DNA from: a virus
Lineage: Duplodnaviria > Caudoviricetes
DNA length: 25,354 bases
IMG/VR virus record: IMGVR_UViG_3300022837_000083
Coordinates: 1 to 25,354 of that record
Direction: 5' to 3' (one strand)
Below are positions 1 to 9,960 of the stretch, piece after piece. Every line of letters starts with the position of its first letter. Within the stretch, counting starts at the first letter, position 1. The notes beneath the pieces are model-generated. The model did no database searches. It saw only the letters and a program-made list of their open reading frames with translations, and was not told where the DNA came from. Position numbers and translations under genes: made by a program.

Positions 1-1602
1 GCAGAACTGATTAAAGATATTGAAGAACTTGAGGAAGTCGAAGAGCTGGAACCTGTCGAAAAGATAGAGCTTCCTGCGGGCGGCATAGCAGATTTTATCC
101 CGGACGACGACGATGAAGATGACGACGCTGATTTTGAAGCGGGCGAAGCCGTTGGTATTGCACAATTCCCCGAGCTTGCCAAAAAAATGGCTGCTTACGG
201 TCGGAACGAAGATAAGTTTCTGGCACACGTTGCCGCAGGTGAATTGATTATACCTTATCAATACCTTGAAGACGATGTAATAAGACAACGCATTTATGAC
301 ATCTTGACAGAAGCCGGTGTGGATGACCCCGAGGCTTATGTTGTAGGGTCTGATGCAAACGATCTTAACCCTACCACCGGATTACCGGAGTTTTTTCTTA
401 AGAAAGCTTTTAAAAAGATTGGTAAAGTATTTAAAAAAGCCCTTCCAATTATCATAACAGTGGGTTTAACCTCTATGGGCGTTCCTCCTATATATGCCGC
501 TGGACTTAGTTCAGGCATTGGAGCGCTTGCTACCGGTGGGGATCTAGAGGATGCCTTAAAGGCGGGCGTAACCGGAGCGGCAACAGCCGGAATAATGGCC
601 GGAGCCACGGGTGCCGTTATGGGTGATGGATTTTCAGCGGGTGTTAAACAGGGTTTTGCCGACCAAAGCGTTCCATTAAGGAGTTCTTTAGGCTTTGATA
701 ATCCTTCAACCAGTGTTGATACGTCAAACATTATTAACAGCCCCTCTATAAACGAAATGGCGGGGGTCAATACTACGGATGTTGTACTGTCTGATTTAAG
801 CCCTAATCCGAACTATGTCCCCGAGATAAAAGGGGGCAACTTCAATATGGACGACACTTGGACCAAGACTAAAAACTTTTTGACGCAAGGTAACCTTACC
901 GACGCGCAGATGGCCGAGCGACAAATAACCGCAGGACAGACCGCTTACGACGCTGCTATAAAAGCAAAGCAAAGTGTGGAAATGGCACAAAAAGCCTCCG
1001 CTACGGCGTATGCAAACGCAGGAGCCTCAGTCCTTGAAACCTATGGTCCGTCTGCGGCACTTGCAGGTACTGCGATGTACTTTGGTGGTGCTTTCGATAC
1101 ACCCGAGCAAGAAAAGCCCGAAGATTTACCCACAGGTTCAGACCTGATTGCGGGTAATCCGGGTAAATATTTATTACATAACATAGGCGACCGTCAGTTA
1201 GACCTTGAAACAGGCGAATATGTAACGGCAGACCCTTTGCCTCCAACTTATACTGCTGACCCCGTACCCATGCAACAACCTATACCCAATTCGGGCTACG
1301 CTCCGCAATACGACGCTAATGGCGAGCTAATCCCGGTTACCGATCCGCGCTATAATACTTTTACTAACCCCGTCCAGACCGCTGCCGCAGGCGGGCCTGT
1401 TTTTCCCCGCCGTAATGGTGGGATTGCTCCGGAAGAGGGTGTTCAAGGAGAAGACAGTGTTAGGGCGATGTTAATGCCCGGCGAGTTTGTCATGACCACC
1501 GACGCCGTTCGAGGACTAGGTGAAGGAAACCTTAATAACGGAATTAAAAACATGTACGCTGTTATGAGAGACTTAGAAAGTCGCGGAAGGGGTGCAGCAT
1601 AA
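1..1602 (+). CDS. Putative internal virion/ejection protein, 5'-truncated by the window edge
   Basis: The frame is open from base 1 (AELIKDIEEL...) into the 187..1602 ORF. It has a Gly/Ala-rich hydrophobic segment and the C-terminal motif GEDSVRAMLMPGEFVMT, which is typical of phage tape-measure/internal proteins. It is coupled to the next gene by TAATG. Confidence 0.65.
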   Translation, partial: AELIKDIEELEEVEELEPVEKIELPAGGIADFIPDDDDEDDDADFEAGEAVGIAQFPELAKKMAAYGRNEDKFLAHVAAGELIIPYQYLEDDVIRQRIYDILTEAGVDDPEAYVVGSDANDLNPTTGLPEFFLKKAFKKIGKVFKKALPIIITVGLTSMGVPPIYAAGLSSGIGALATGGDLEDALKAGVTGAATAGIMAGATGAVMGDGFSAGVKQGFADQSVPLRSSLGFDNPSTSVDTSNIINSPSINEMAGVNTTDVVLSDLSPNPNYVPEIKGGNFNMDDTWTKTKNFLTQGNLTDAQMAERQITAGQTAYDAAIKAKQSVEMAQKASATAYANAGASVLETYGPSAALAGTAMYFGGAFDTPEQEKPEDLPTGSDLIAGNPGKYLLHNIGDRQLDLETGEYVTADPLPPTYTADPVPMQQPIPNSGYAPQYDANGELIPVTDPRYNTFTNPVQTAAAGGPVFPRRNGGIAPEEGVQGEDSVRAMLMPGEFVMTTDAVRGLGEGNLNNGIKNMYAVMRDLESRGRGAA

Positions 1603-3341
1603 TGGCTACCACAACTACCACGCAGATTGTCCGCGAAGCGGCAGAAATTGAAGCTATTAAGGTAGGACTTTTACAGTCCGCCAAAGCCCTCGCCGATCAA
1701 GGTATTACAATACCCCCGCAGATGGTTGCGCAAATGTCGGGGCTTCAGATAAAAGCCACGGAACTTGCCGAAGCAGGAATTGGCGGATACCAACCTTATC
1801 TACAAGAAGCCGGTTACACGTTAGGTGACGCCGCAGCCACGTTGGGCAGTACGATGTCCGACGCTGACGCTTACAAAAATCAAGCGTTAGGCCTTATGAC
1901 GGAATCTGCGGGTAATGTCCCCGGTCAGTTGTCCACTGCTCAAGCGGGTATGCAGAGTGCTATTAATTATGGGGAGGGCGCTACTCAATCGGCCATCGAT
2001 AAATCACAACAAGCGGTCAATACCGCCGGACAAACGGGGGTTGGTACGACGCTAGGCCAATCTTTATCCGGCGCGACTGACGCAGCACGAGCTAGTACGT
2101 CTAACGCGGGTATTGCAGCGTTAGAATCTGCGCGTCAATCCCAAATTGGAGGAGATAGCGCGGTCCAAGGCGCTCGGAACATCACCAGCACTGCCGCTCA
2201 AGCTTTACAACAAGCGGGAGCGTTTGGCACGGATACTGCTAGGCAAGGCATTGCTGGACTAGCCGAAACTACGGGCGCTTATGATCCTGCAAGTGCAGGG
2301 GCATATATGAATGAATATGAAGATGCCGCAGTGCAGCAAGCGCTTGCGGACATTCGACGCTCTGGAGATATCCAGCAACAAGCAATTGGCGCTCAAGCAG
2401 TTGGCGCAGGCGCTTTTGGCGGATCACGCCAAGCAGTAGCTGAATCTGAACTAGGTCGAAACATTCTTGAACAACAAGGTCGTACTGCGGCGGGAATGCG
2501 CCAGCAAGGTTTTGAAAGCGCAGCTCAACGCTCTCAACAGGGTTTTGAGTCTCAGCAAGGTCGAGCACAGCAGGCGGCACAGCTTACAGGTGCTCTGGGT
2601 TCCCAAGGTGCTCAATCGGGTATATCTGCTGCACAATCAGCAGGTCAATTAGGCTTATCCGCAGAACAACTTGCCGCGCAGACTGCGCAACAGGGGGGTC
2701 AGTTAGGCGTAACGGCGGCTCAAACGTCAGGTCAGTTGGGTCTTTCGGGAGAACAGTTAGCCTCCGCGAATGCACAGGCTTTGGCACAGACAGGTATGAG
2801 TTTGCAACAACTTTCAGCCTCTACAGGTATGAGTGCGGCACAGTTAATCGGTCAACTAGGACAATCACAAGCCCAAATGGGTATGCAAGGAGCGCAGCAA
2901 TCAGGTCAAATGGGGCTGCAAGCTCAAGAGTTATCGAGTAAGATAGGGCAAGGTATTGGCGGTCTCGGAACAGATTACGGACAGCTAAACATTGCTCAAG
3001 CGGGGGCTCAAAGTGAACTAGGTGTTCGTCAAGCGGCTCTGGGTGAACTAGGACAAAGTCTACAGCAGCAAGAGACAGGGTTCTTGTTTGATGTTGGTAA
3101 GCAGCAGCAAGCACAACAACAAGCGGTACTGGAAGCGACGCGTCAGAACGAACTGGCTCAAAAATACGAGCCCTACCAGCGCGTTGGTTTTCTGTCCGAT
3201 ATATACAAGGGTGCTCCGACCAGTCAGCAGACGCTTACGTCTGCCACAGCACCTAATGTTTCACCTGCCCAACAACTACTTGGTTTGGGCGTAGCCGGAC
3301 TGTCCGCATCAGCCGGTGCTAAAAAAGCGGGGTTATTTTAA
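1602..3341 (+). CDS. Gln/Gly/Ala-rich putative DNA-ejection (pilot-like) protein
   Basis: 579-aa ORF with a GAFGGSRQA motif and quasi-repeats (AQSAGQLGLSA, AQQGGQLGVTA, AQTSGQLGLSG). TAATG overlaps at both ends. Confidence 0.65.
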   Translation: MATTTTTQIVREAAEIEAIKVGLLQSAKALADQGITIPPQMVAQMSGLQIKATELAEAGIGGYQPYLQEAGYTLGDAAATLGSTMSDADAYKNQALGLMTESAGNVPGQLSTAQAGMQSAINYGEGATQSAIDKSQQAVNTAGQTGVGTTLGQSLSGATDAARASTSNAGIAALESARQSQIGGDSAVQGARNITSTAAQALQQAGAFGTDTARQGIAGLAETTGAYDPASAGAYMNEYEDAAVQQALADIRRSGDIQQQAIGAQAVGAGAFGGSRQAVAESELGRNILEQQGRTAAGMRQQGFESAAQRSQQGFESQQGRAQQAAQLTGALGSQGAQSGISAAQSAGQLGLSAEQLAAQTAQQGGQLGVTAAQTSGQLGLSGEQLASANAQALAQTGMSLQQLSASTGMSAAQLIGQLGQSQAQMGMQGAQQSGQMGLQAQELSSKIGQGIGGLGTDYGQLNIAQAGAQSELGVRQAALGELGQSLQQQETGFLFDVGKQQQAQQQAVLEATRQNELAQKYEPYQRVGFLSDIYKGAPTSQQTLTSATAPNVSPAQQLLGLGVAGLSASAGAKKAGLF

Positions 3342-6016
3342 TGAATAGAGAAGTAATGGGGCGTAAAATGTTTGCTCACGGGGGCACCGTCTTCCCGATG
3401 CAAGAAGGGGGTATGGCTCCGCCTCCTATGGCTCCGCCTCCTATGGCTCCGCCTCCTATGGCTCCGCCTCCTATGGCTCCGCCTCCTATGGCTCCGCCTC
3501 CTATGGCTCCGCCTATGGCCGGAATGCAACCAGAATTAGACCCTGCCATTTTAGAGCAAATGCTCGGTAGTGCTTCTCAACAAATGAATACCATCGACAA
3601 CGCTGCCGACGCCACAACCATGATTAATGGTATGCGAGGCGACGAACTTCCTCTGGAAGCGCGGTACGCGGAACTCGCATTAATTGTCGGCCCTGAAGAC
3701 GCCAATGCTACACCTGAATCGGTTCTTACTTTGATACAGCCTGTCCTGCAAATTGCGGCGGTTGACCAAGGAATTGGCGGATTAGCGGAACAACAAATGA
3801 TGACCCCGATTGAGGGTCCGATGGCAGAGGGAATTATGTCTACTGTCAATATGGGTGCCCCGGAGGGTCCCGACTCTGTAAATTTTAACCAAGGAGGTGC
3901 CGTTCAGTACATGCAGGCGGGTGGCCCTCCAGTACCCAACATAGCGGGACGTCAAGGAGAGATTTTTAGAGAGCAGCAGTCTTTATACCAGTCTTTACTT
4001 AACCCTGCGGACGAAGCAGCGGATTTAGAAGAACAAACGAATTTAACACAGGCGCAAATGTTATTTGATGTCGCTCAAGGGGCTTTAGCGTTTGCTTCGC
4101 CCGGTGATCGTCAAATGAGCCCTGCGGAGCGTTTGGCTCAATCCTTTACGCCTGTTCTAGGAAACATTGGAGCAAGAGCAGGGGAGCTTGGTAAGTTCAA
4201 GCAGGCCCAAAAAGCTCAGACAAAACAGATGGACATGGCGGCCTTACAGGCGGCAGGGTCCTTGTACGGCGCTGAAAGAGGTGCCGCGCTTACTGAAGAA
4301 AACAAAGATATTGGTGAAGTTTTCCAGACCACGGTTACAAATGAAGACGGCACAGTGACCACGACCACGGGACCTTTGACTCGCGGCAGTTACGCGGACC
4401 TGCAAACTAAGCATGGTGCCGGAAACGTGAACATCAGGGAGATTGCCAAGCCTACTAACGTTAGTCAGAAGGCCGAAAACCTTATGATTAATGGTGGTTT
4501 CGTTGCTGCTGTGCCGGGAACGCCGGGTTACAACGCTCTAATTGCAAAGGGTGCTCTGAGCATGGGCGACGTACCTACTTCCGCTATCACCAGCCGGAAG
4601 CAATACACCATCCCAACCGATTTAACGATTGGGGATAAAACGTATGCGGCGGGAACGTCTCCTTTCTTTAGTGAGTTTGAAGCTGCTCAGATTTTTGCCA
4701 GCTTTGGTAATGACGCTTTGTCTGAATACGTTAAACCGCTAACCGACAAAGATTACTTGACCGCATACAATATGACTAAGGCCCAGTTTGATGTGTTATC
4801 AACGCGCAACCAGCAGTATATACAGGGTCTCCCTGTTCTGACGGAAAAAGATTACTTCGGTAAGTTCGGCATGCTCAAGAACGATTTCTTGGGCCTATCG
4901 CCAATCTCACGTCAAAGATTACTTGGCATTGAGACGGAATACGAGTTTAAGCAGATCAACAATGGCGATAAGATTGATGTCGTTCGTTATGATAAGAACG
5001 ATCCAAACGTTGCCCCTGTTAGTATCTACAGCACGGATATCCTGCAAGACCCTGAGTTATTCAAATTTACTATGCCTAATGCTGATGGTGTTTCGGTGGC
5101 AACCATTGTTGACCTCACTACTGATTCGGGCAAACGGGCACTGGCCAAAGTTAACGAGCTTAACAAAGCGACTCCCGGCTCTGCTGTTATGCAGAAACTG
5201 GGTACGGAAAGTTTTGTGTCGAAAACCTTCTTGATTCCGGATTCTACCGAAGGTGGTGGCGCAGAAGTGCGTATGTCCTTCGACGGTGGTCAAACTTATA
5301 TTGGATCGGATGGCCTTCCAAGACAGCTTCCACCTAATGCGTTTGAGCTTAGTAACACTATTTCTAACGATGTTTACCGTAAGGAAAAGGTACGTTCTTC
5401 AGCTAAAGATTGGTTGGAACAGAACGACCAAGGTGTTGTTGGCGGAATGACTACGCCACAGGGAAGCGGAATTTCGCAACCCTCGAATAACGCAGACAAA
5501 GCCCTTGTAACAGACACTTTGCAGCAAGTTCGCAACGGTACAGGTTTCTGGTCAGGTTTTAACTCTGCCGTAAACGCCGTAGCGGGTGGCATAATTGCCC
5601 CTAAAACTTTCTCGGAAATGTACCGAGATACGGAAGAAGGTAGACAGTACGTTCAGATCATTCGCGTAATGGGTCGTTCCGCTCTAGCCTCGTCACCAAG
5701 ATTTGCGGTTGCAGACTTGCAGGCTACGGAAGGATTGTTCCCGAGTGAAGAAAAGCTGTTCCGTAACCCTGTCTCTGAAGCAAACAAGCTGTCCTTGTTA
5801 GTGGATGCGCTCAATAACGAGGAAATACGTCTGCAAACCCTTAGAGCGTCAGAAGTTCCACAAGACGCTACTGTTTTAGCGGTCGCGTCTCAAAAGCTTC
5901 AAGAAATTGCTCGCTTAAAAGAGCTTCTTGGTCCAGTATTGATTAAAGGTGGCGGCCAAGCCACGGAAAACAGTATCTCTGGTGCAAAAGAACTAATGAG
6001 AAGAAAGGGAAGGTAA
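3341..6016 (+). CDS. Large putative internal virion protein with MAPPP repeats
   Basis: 891-aa ORF with TAATG coupling, located among the large structural genes. It has xxxGG motifs at the N-terminus. Confidence 0.6.
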   Translation: MNREVMGRKMFAHGGTVFPMQEGGMAPPPMAPPPMAPPPMAPPPMAPPPMAPPPMAPPMAGMQPELDPAILEQMLGSASQQMNTIDNAADATTMINGMRGDELPLEARYAELALIVGPEDANATPESVLTLIQPVLQIAAVDQGIGGLAEQQMMTPIEGPMAEGIMSTVNMGAPEGPDSVNFNQGGAVQYMQAGGPPVPNIAGRQGEIFREQQSLYQSLLNPADEAADLEEQTNLTQAQMLFDVAQGALAFASPGDRQMSPAERLAQSFTPVLGNIGARAGELGKFKQAQKAQTKQMDMAALQAAGSLYGAERGAALTEENKDIGEVFQTTVTNEDGTVTTTTGPLTRGSYADLQTKHGAGNVNIREIAKPTNVSQKAENLMINGGFVAAVPGTPGYNALIAKGALSMGDVPTSAITSRKQYTIPTDLTIGDKTYAAGTSPFFSEFEAAQIFASFGNDALSEYVKPLTDKDYLTAYNMTKAQFDVLSTRNQQYIQGLPVLTEKDYFGKFGMLKNDFLGLSPISRQRLLGIETEYEFKQINNGDKIDVVRYDKNDPNVAPVSIYSTDILQDPELFKFTMPNADGVSVATIVDLTTDSGKRALAKVNELNKATPGSAVMQKLGTESFVSKTFLIPDSTEGGGAEVRMSFDGGQTYIGSDGLPRQLPPNAFELSNTISNDVYRKEKVRSSAKDWLEQNDQGVVGGMTTPQGSGISQPSNNADKALVTDTLQQVRNGTGFWSGFNSAVNAVAGGIIAPKTFSEMYRDTEEGRQYVQIIRVMGRSALASSPRFAVADLQATEGLFPSEEKLFRNPVSEANKLSLLVDALNNEEIRLQTLRASEVPQDATVLAVASQKLQEIARLKELLGPVLIKGGGQATENSISGAKELMRRKGR
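3413..3514 (+). repeat. 15-bp tandem repeat ATGGCTCCGCCTCCT x6 plus a 12-bp partial copy (MAPPP)
   Basis: Perfect copies read directly from the sequence. Confidence 0.98.
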
Positions 6017-6146
6017 TGAACCCCGTTAATATCAAACTTAATGAAACCACTCCTGACGACACAATAGTTGAGGACATGAACCCAGTTAATATCGGGCTTA
6101 ATGAAACCACTCCTGACGACACCACTCCTGACGACACAATAGTTGA
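6016..6146 (+). repeat. ~60-bp N-terminal duplication (MNPVNIxLNETTPDDTIVE x2) with a nested 15-bp duplication (TTPDD)
   Basis: Near-identical copies start at 6016 and 6076. ACCACTCCTGACGAC is doubled in the second copy. Confidence 0.95.
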
Positions 6147-9100
6147 AGCGGTAGACATGCCCCCTGTTGTAGCTGTTGCAGAGGCACTGGGTGCTTTCCG
6201 GCTAAGTTTTTCGCCACAAGAGTTTTCGGACCTTTGGGCAACTTATACGGAAGCAGCTAATGCCCCGCAATCTACGTTTAAAACACCGGCACAAGGTTTT
6301 GCCTCAAGCTTGGTAGACACGCTGGTGTTTGATCCTTTTTACGAAGGTAAAATGGACTACAACTCGCTTCGCATGGGCACCGCGCCTATCTTACAAGAAT
6401 TGGGCATTGACGGCGGTCTATCTGACGCGCAAATTATAGAAGTTTTTGCAGAAGACGAGGAAGGCAACGATATTATTGCTGATCCCTCGTTTTTTGAAGG
6501 ACTAAAAAGACGTAGTTTGGGCGCAGCAGGTGGTACAGGCGGTTTCTTTACCGGGATGAAGGCAGGTGCCGCTTTAGTTGTGGGAATTCCACCCATAACC
6601 CCTTGGACCGCTGCCGCTAGATACGGTGTCCCTATAATCACAGGTGCCATCGGCTATATTGCAGGTAGTGAAGCGGGTGACGAAGTTACCGAAGCCGTAA
6701 TGGGCCGAGAGCCTATTGTAGTGCCGGGCCAAGGTTCTGCTGACTACAAGGCCGGTAAAGCGGCGGCTGATGCAATAAGTTTCACGATTACCCCGTGGAT
6801 GGCTCCTGTAAGAGGAGCTAATTTGGGCGGACAAATTGCTATGAATAATATAAAAGTTCATGCACAAAAGTTTATGGGCCCTACACTACCGGGCTCTTTC
6901 AAAATACCCCTTTCTACTCGAGGTGTGACTAAAGTAGAAAGTATCATAGGTGATATGGGAACTTTAGCGCGAACAAACCCTTTCAAAACGGCTTTTATAG
7001 AAGGGACGGCGGCTAGTTTAAGTGTGAAAGGCACTGAAATAGCGGAAACTATTACTCCGGATAACCCTTGGGTCCGATTTGGGTTTGAAACAGTAGGCGG
7101 ATTGTCTGGCGCGGTGGCGGCGGACCTTTCGGCAAATCGAGTACCCCAAGTTTTAAAATGGGGTGGGCGCGGTGTTTACAATATTTTTAATAAGTTGCGT
7201 GGTAGGGAAAATGTAGACGACATGCAGTTAAGATATGGCATCTCAGAAGAGGAGGTAAGGACTGCCGGAAACTTTATTACAGAGCAACTTGAGAAGAACG
7301 CGGAAAACCCTGCAGAAATACTAAGGATACTAAATGATCCCTCTTTTAACAAGTGGCTTGTTGACGAAAGTGGTAACCAGATAGAACTGGACCCTGCTAC
7401 TAGGGCCGCAAGTATTACGTTATTGTCTTTACAGAACCAATTTATTGACGCGGCCCCCGGTGCTTTTAATGCAGATGCGGGCGCTAAGATGAAATCGTCG
7501 GTAGACGCTTTACGCCGCGCTTTGTTGGCGATGTACGCGGACGGTTCTAAAGAATCTCTTAGTGATGCTGCTTTAGTTCAGACTAGCTTATTTGAGGCTG
7601 TGTTAGATTCAAAATTGGCTATGGCTTTCCGTAATACCCAAGAAGCGATGCGTCAAGTAAGACCCCAAGGGGACGATGTTGACCTTCAAGCGGCGGAGAA
7701 TATATTTACGTTGATAGGCGGACAATATACGGCAGGTCGCAATGAGGAACAACTTCTTTGGAGAAAAGGCGCACAGGATGTCGAAGTTACCTCTTTTATT
7801 AACGAGGATGGCGTAACACAAAGTACGCCTAATTTTATTTCTAAATGGAATGAACTTCTAGGTAACGAAACCCCTGAAATACGGGAGTCGATCATTAAAA
7901 AAGACGACTTAAGCATCTTAAATAGTTTTGTGATACGGAAGACAGAAGAGCTGGGGTTAGCCCCTGAAGTACCCCAAGCCCCTGAAGTACCCCAAGCCGC
8001 TAAAGAAATTATTGGCGTAAACGCTAATGAGTTATTTAGAACCCGTGGTAGGGCTTTGGCTATGGCAAAAAGATTGAATGCAGCGGGTTTCAGCGAGGAA
8101 GCGCGGATAGCTAATGAAATGGCGGATGCCATGCTGTCTGATTTAAACAGCTTTGGCATTGGCTTAAATCAGGCATACGACACTGCGCGTAGCTATTCTA
8201 AAGCATTTAATGACGTTTTTACTCGGGCGTATGCAGGGGAAGTTTTAGGCACAAAGAAAAACGGAGCACCTAAAATACCTGTAGCAACTATGGCGTATAC
8301 CCTGATGAAAGGCGATGCGGCATTTATGCGAACTGCGCAATTAGACGGTATAGCTAAATTCCAAGTAACTCAATCTTTAACCAATTTGTTGCGGTCAGAT
8401 AACCCTGACTTTCCCGAACTAGCGGACATAGGCGAAACTTTACTAAAAGATTTTAACGCCAATGTTGACCCGCAATCTATGGTTTTGGACATGGTTTCGA
8501 TGCGGGCATGGTATGGTAGAAACGAAGAGTTAATAAAGTCAGTCCCTAACCTGAACACTCGTATTAGTGCCGCAATGAACGGGTCTGTTCAATTGCGTAG
8601 TGCGGAAGAGACACTTTTGCGTACAATACGAGCTAATACGTTAAATCCAGATGGAACGCTAAATGTTGGCGCATTGTCCAATTGGAGAAATAACGTTAAT
8701 AACGAAAGGTTGTTGGATGTATTTCCGTCTCTTAAAGCAGACTTGGACAATGTAGACAAAGCTGCAAATTTACTGACTCAAACAAAAAGAGACAATAAAG
8801 CTGCGGACGTAGCTGAAAGAAACGCCGTTGGTTTGTACGAGCTATTACCCAACAAAACCTCAAATGCCGCTACGGCGATTGCTTTAGCTATTTCAAGTGC
8901 TAACCCAAAACCGTTCAACGACATGAACCGACTAATGCGGTTGATTACAGATGTTGGGGAAGACGGTTTTAGTGTCAGTGCTAAAAACAGCCCAAACACT
9001 GGAAAAACGTGGACTCAAGCAGACCTTAAAGAAGGGATGCGAACTGCCATCTATGACACGGTGTTTAAAGCCGCAGCAGACGGTAAATTATTTAATTCTG

Positions 9101-9960
9101 CTGCCGCCTACAATAGGTTATTTGCAAAACACCCTAATGCGGACATTTCCATTGCAGAATGGATGCAGTCAAACGATCTTATAAGCGCAGACCAGCTCAA
9201 AGACACTCAGATGTTCTTGCGTAAGATGGGTGAAATCCAAGCCTTTACCATGTATGCCAAACCGGGCCAATTGGACGCTTTTTACCAAGATATCGGCGAG
9301 GGTATTAAAATCGTGGCTGCTATGGGTGGTTCCGTTGCTGGTACAAGCCTTCGCCAGTTTTTGGGTGGCGGTGATTCTGGTGACCTCATCGCCTCGGGCC
9401 GTGGTGCGTCGCTTGGTCAAAGATTAGCCAACAAATACTTGGCCGTTTTACCTCAATCTTTACAAGCAAGTCGAGTAGCCACCATTTTACAAAACGAAAC
9501 ATTACTTAAACAGGTTCTTAAAGCAGGGCGGACTGATCGCGAGAAAAATGCACTGGTGGCGCAGTTAGAACAAATGTTTATAAACAACTATATAGTATCC
9601 CCTATTCGTAGAGGCGGCGGTGAAGTCATGCAGACTTTAACCGACGAATACTCTAGGGATGTAAATGGTGAAGTAATTCCACCCGCCGACGTTCCCACAG
9701 CAAGCGGAGGGAATATCCCCACTACGGTTACACCTAGCGTTGCGCCGGTAACGGTAACTCCCATAAACTCTACGCCAGTTGTACCTAGTGGGGTTACCCC
9801 TATTCAAAACCCTAACACTTCGGTTAATCCATCACGGACAAGCGCCCAGACAACCCCGATTTCCTATTCAGGACCCGTTGACCGAGCTAGGTTTGCAGCT
9901 CTCTTTCCAGAAGATCGTGAATTATTAGGTATAGGTAGTTTGATGGGAAGTGCTCCGTAA
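6016..9960 (+). CDS. Very large putative internal virion/ejection protein
   Basis: 1314-aa ORF, the last and largest of the coupled set. It has Gly/Ala-rich hydrophobic segments and a Pro/Thr-rich C-terminal linker. No catalytic motif recognised. Confidence 0.6.
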   Translation: MNPVNIKLNETTPDDTIVEDMNPVNIGLNETTPDDTTPDDTIVEAVDMPPVVAVAEALGAFRLSFSPQEFSDLWATYTEAANAPQSTFKTPAQGFASSLVDTLVFDPFYEGKMDYNSLRMGTAPILQELGIDGGLSDAQIIEVFAEDEEGNDIIADPSFFEGLKRRSLGAAGGTGGFFTGMKAGAALVVGIPPITPWTAAARYGVPIITGAIGYIAGSEAGDEVTEAVMGREPIVVPGQGSADYKAGKAAADAISFTITPWMAPVRGANLGGQIAMNNIKVHAQKFMGPTLPGSFKIPLSTRGVTKVESIIGDMGTLARTNPFKTAFIEGTAASLSVKGTEIAETITPDNPWVRFGFETVGGLSGAVAADLSANRVPQVLKWGGRGVYNIFNKLRGRENVDDMQLRYGISEEEVRTAGNFITEQLEKNAENPAEILRILNDPSFNKWLVDESGNQIELDPATRAASITLLSLQNQFIDAAPGAFNADAGAKMKSSVDALRRALLAMYADGSKESLSDAALVQTSLFEAVLDSKLAMAFRNTQEAMRQVRPQGDDVDLQAAENIFTLIGGQYTAGRNEEQLLWRKGAQDVEVTSFINEDGVTQSTPNFISKWNELLGNETPEIRESIIKKDDLSILNSFVIRKTEELGLAPEVPQAPEVPQAAKEIIGVNANELFRTRGRALAMAKRLNAAGFSEEARIANEMADAMLSDLNSFGIGLNQAYDTARSYSKAFNDVFTRAYAGEVLGTKKNGAPKIPVATMAYTLMKGDAAFMRTAQLDGIAKFQVTQSLTNLLRSDNPDFPELADIGETLLKDFNANVDPQSMVLDMVSMRAWYGRNEELIKSVPNLNTRISAAMNGSVQLRSAEETLLRTIRANTLNPDGTLNVGALSNWRNNVNNERLLDVFPSLKADLDNVDKAANLLTQTKRDNKAADVAERNAVGLYELLPNKTSNAATAIALAISSANPKPFNDMNRLMRLITDVGEDGFSVSAKNSPNTGKTWTQADLKEGMRTAIYDTVFKAAADGKLFNSAAAYNRLFAKHPNADISIAEWMQSNDLISADQLKDTQMFLRKMGEIQAFTMYAKPGQLDAFYQDIGEGIKIVAAMGGSVAGTSLRQFLGGGDSGDLIASGRGASLGQRLANKYLAVLPQSLQASRVATILQNETLLKQVLKAGRTDREKNALVAQLEQMFINNYIVSPIRRGGGEVMQTLTDEYSRDVNGEVIPPADVPTASGGNIPTTVTPSVAPVTVTPINSTPVVPSGVTPIQNPNTSVNPSRTSAQTTPISYSGPVDRARFAALFPEDRELLGIGSLMGSAP
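7960..7998 (+). repeat. 18-bp tandem duplication GCCCCTGAAGTACCCCAA x2 (APEVPQ)
   Basis: Read directly from the sequence. Confidence 0.95.

Noticed and set aside
3321-3341. C-terminal KKAGLF resembles villin's KKEKGLF
   Set aside because: The match is too short and lies in a different protein from the headpiece-like repeats.
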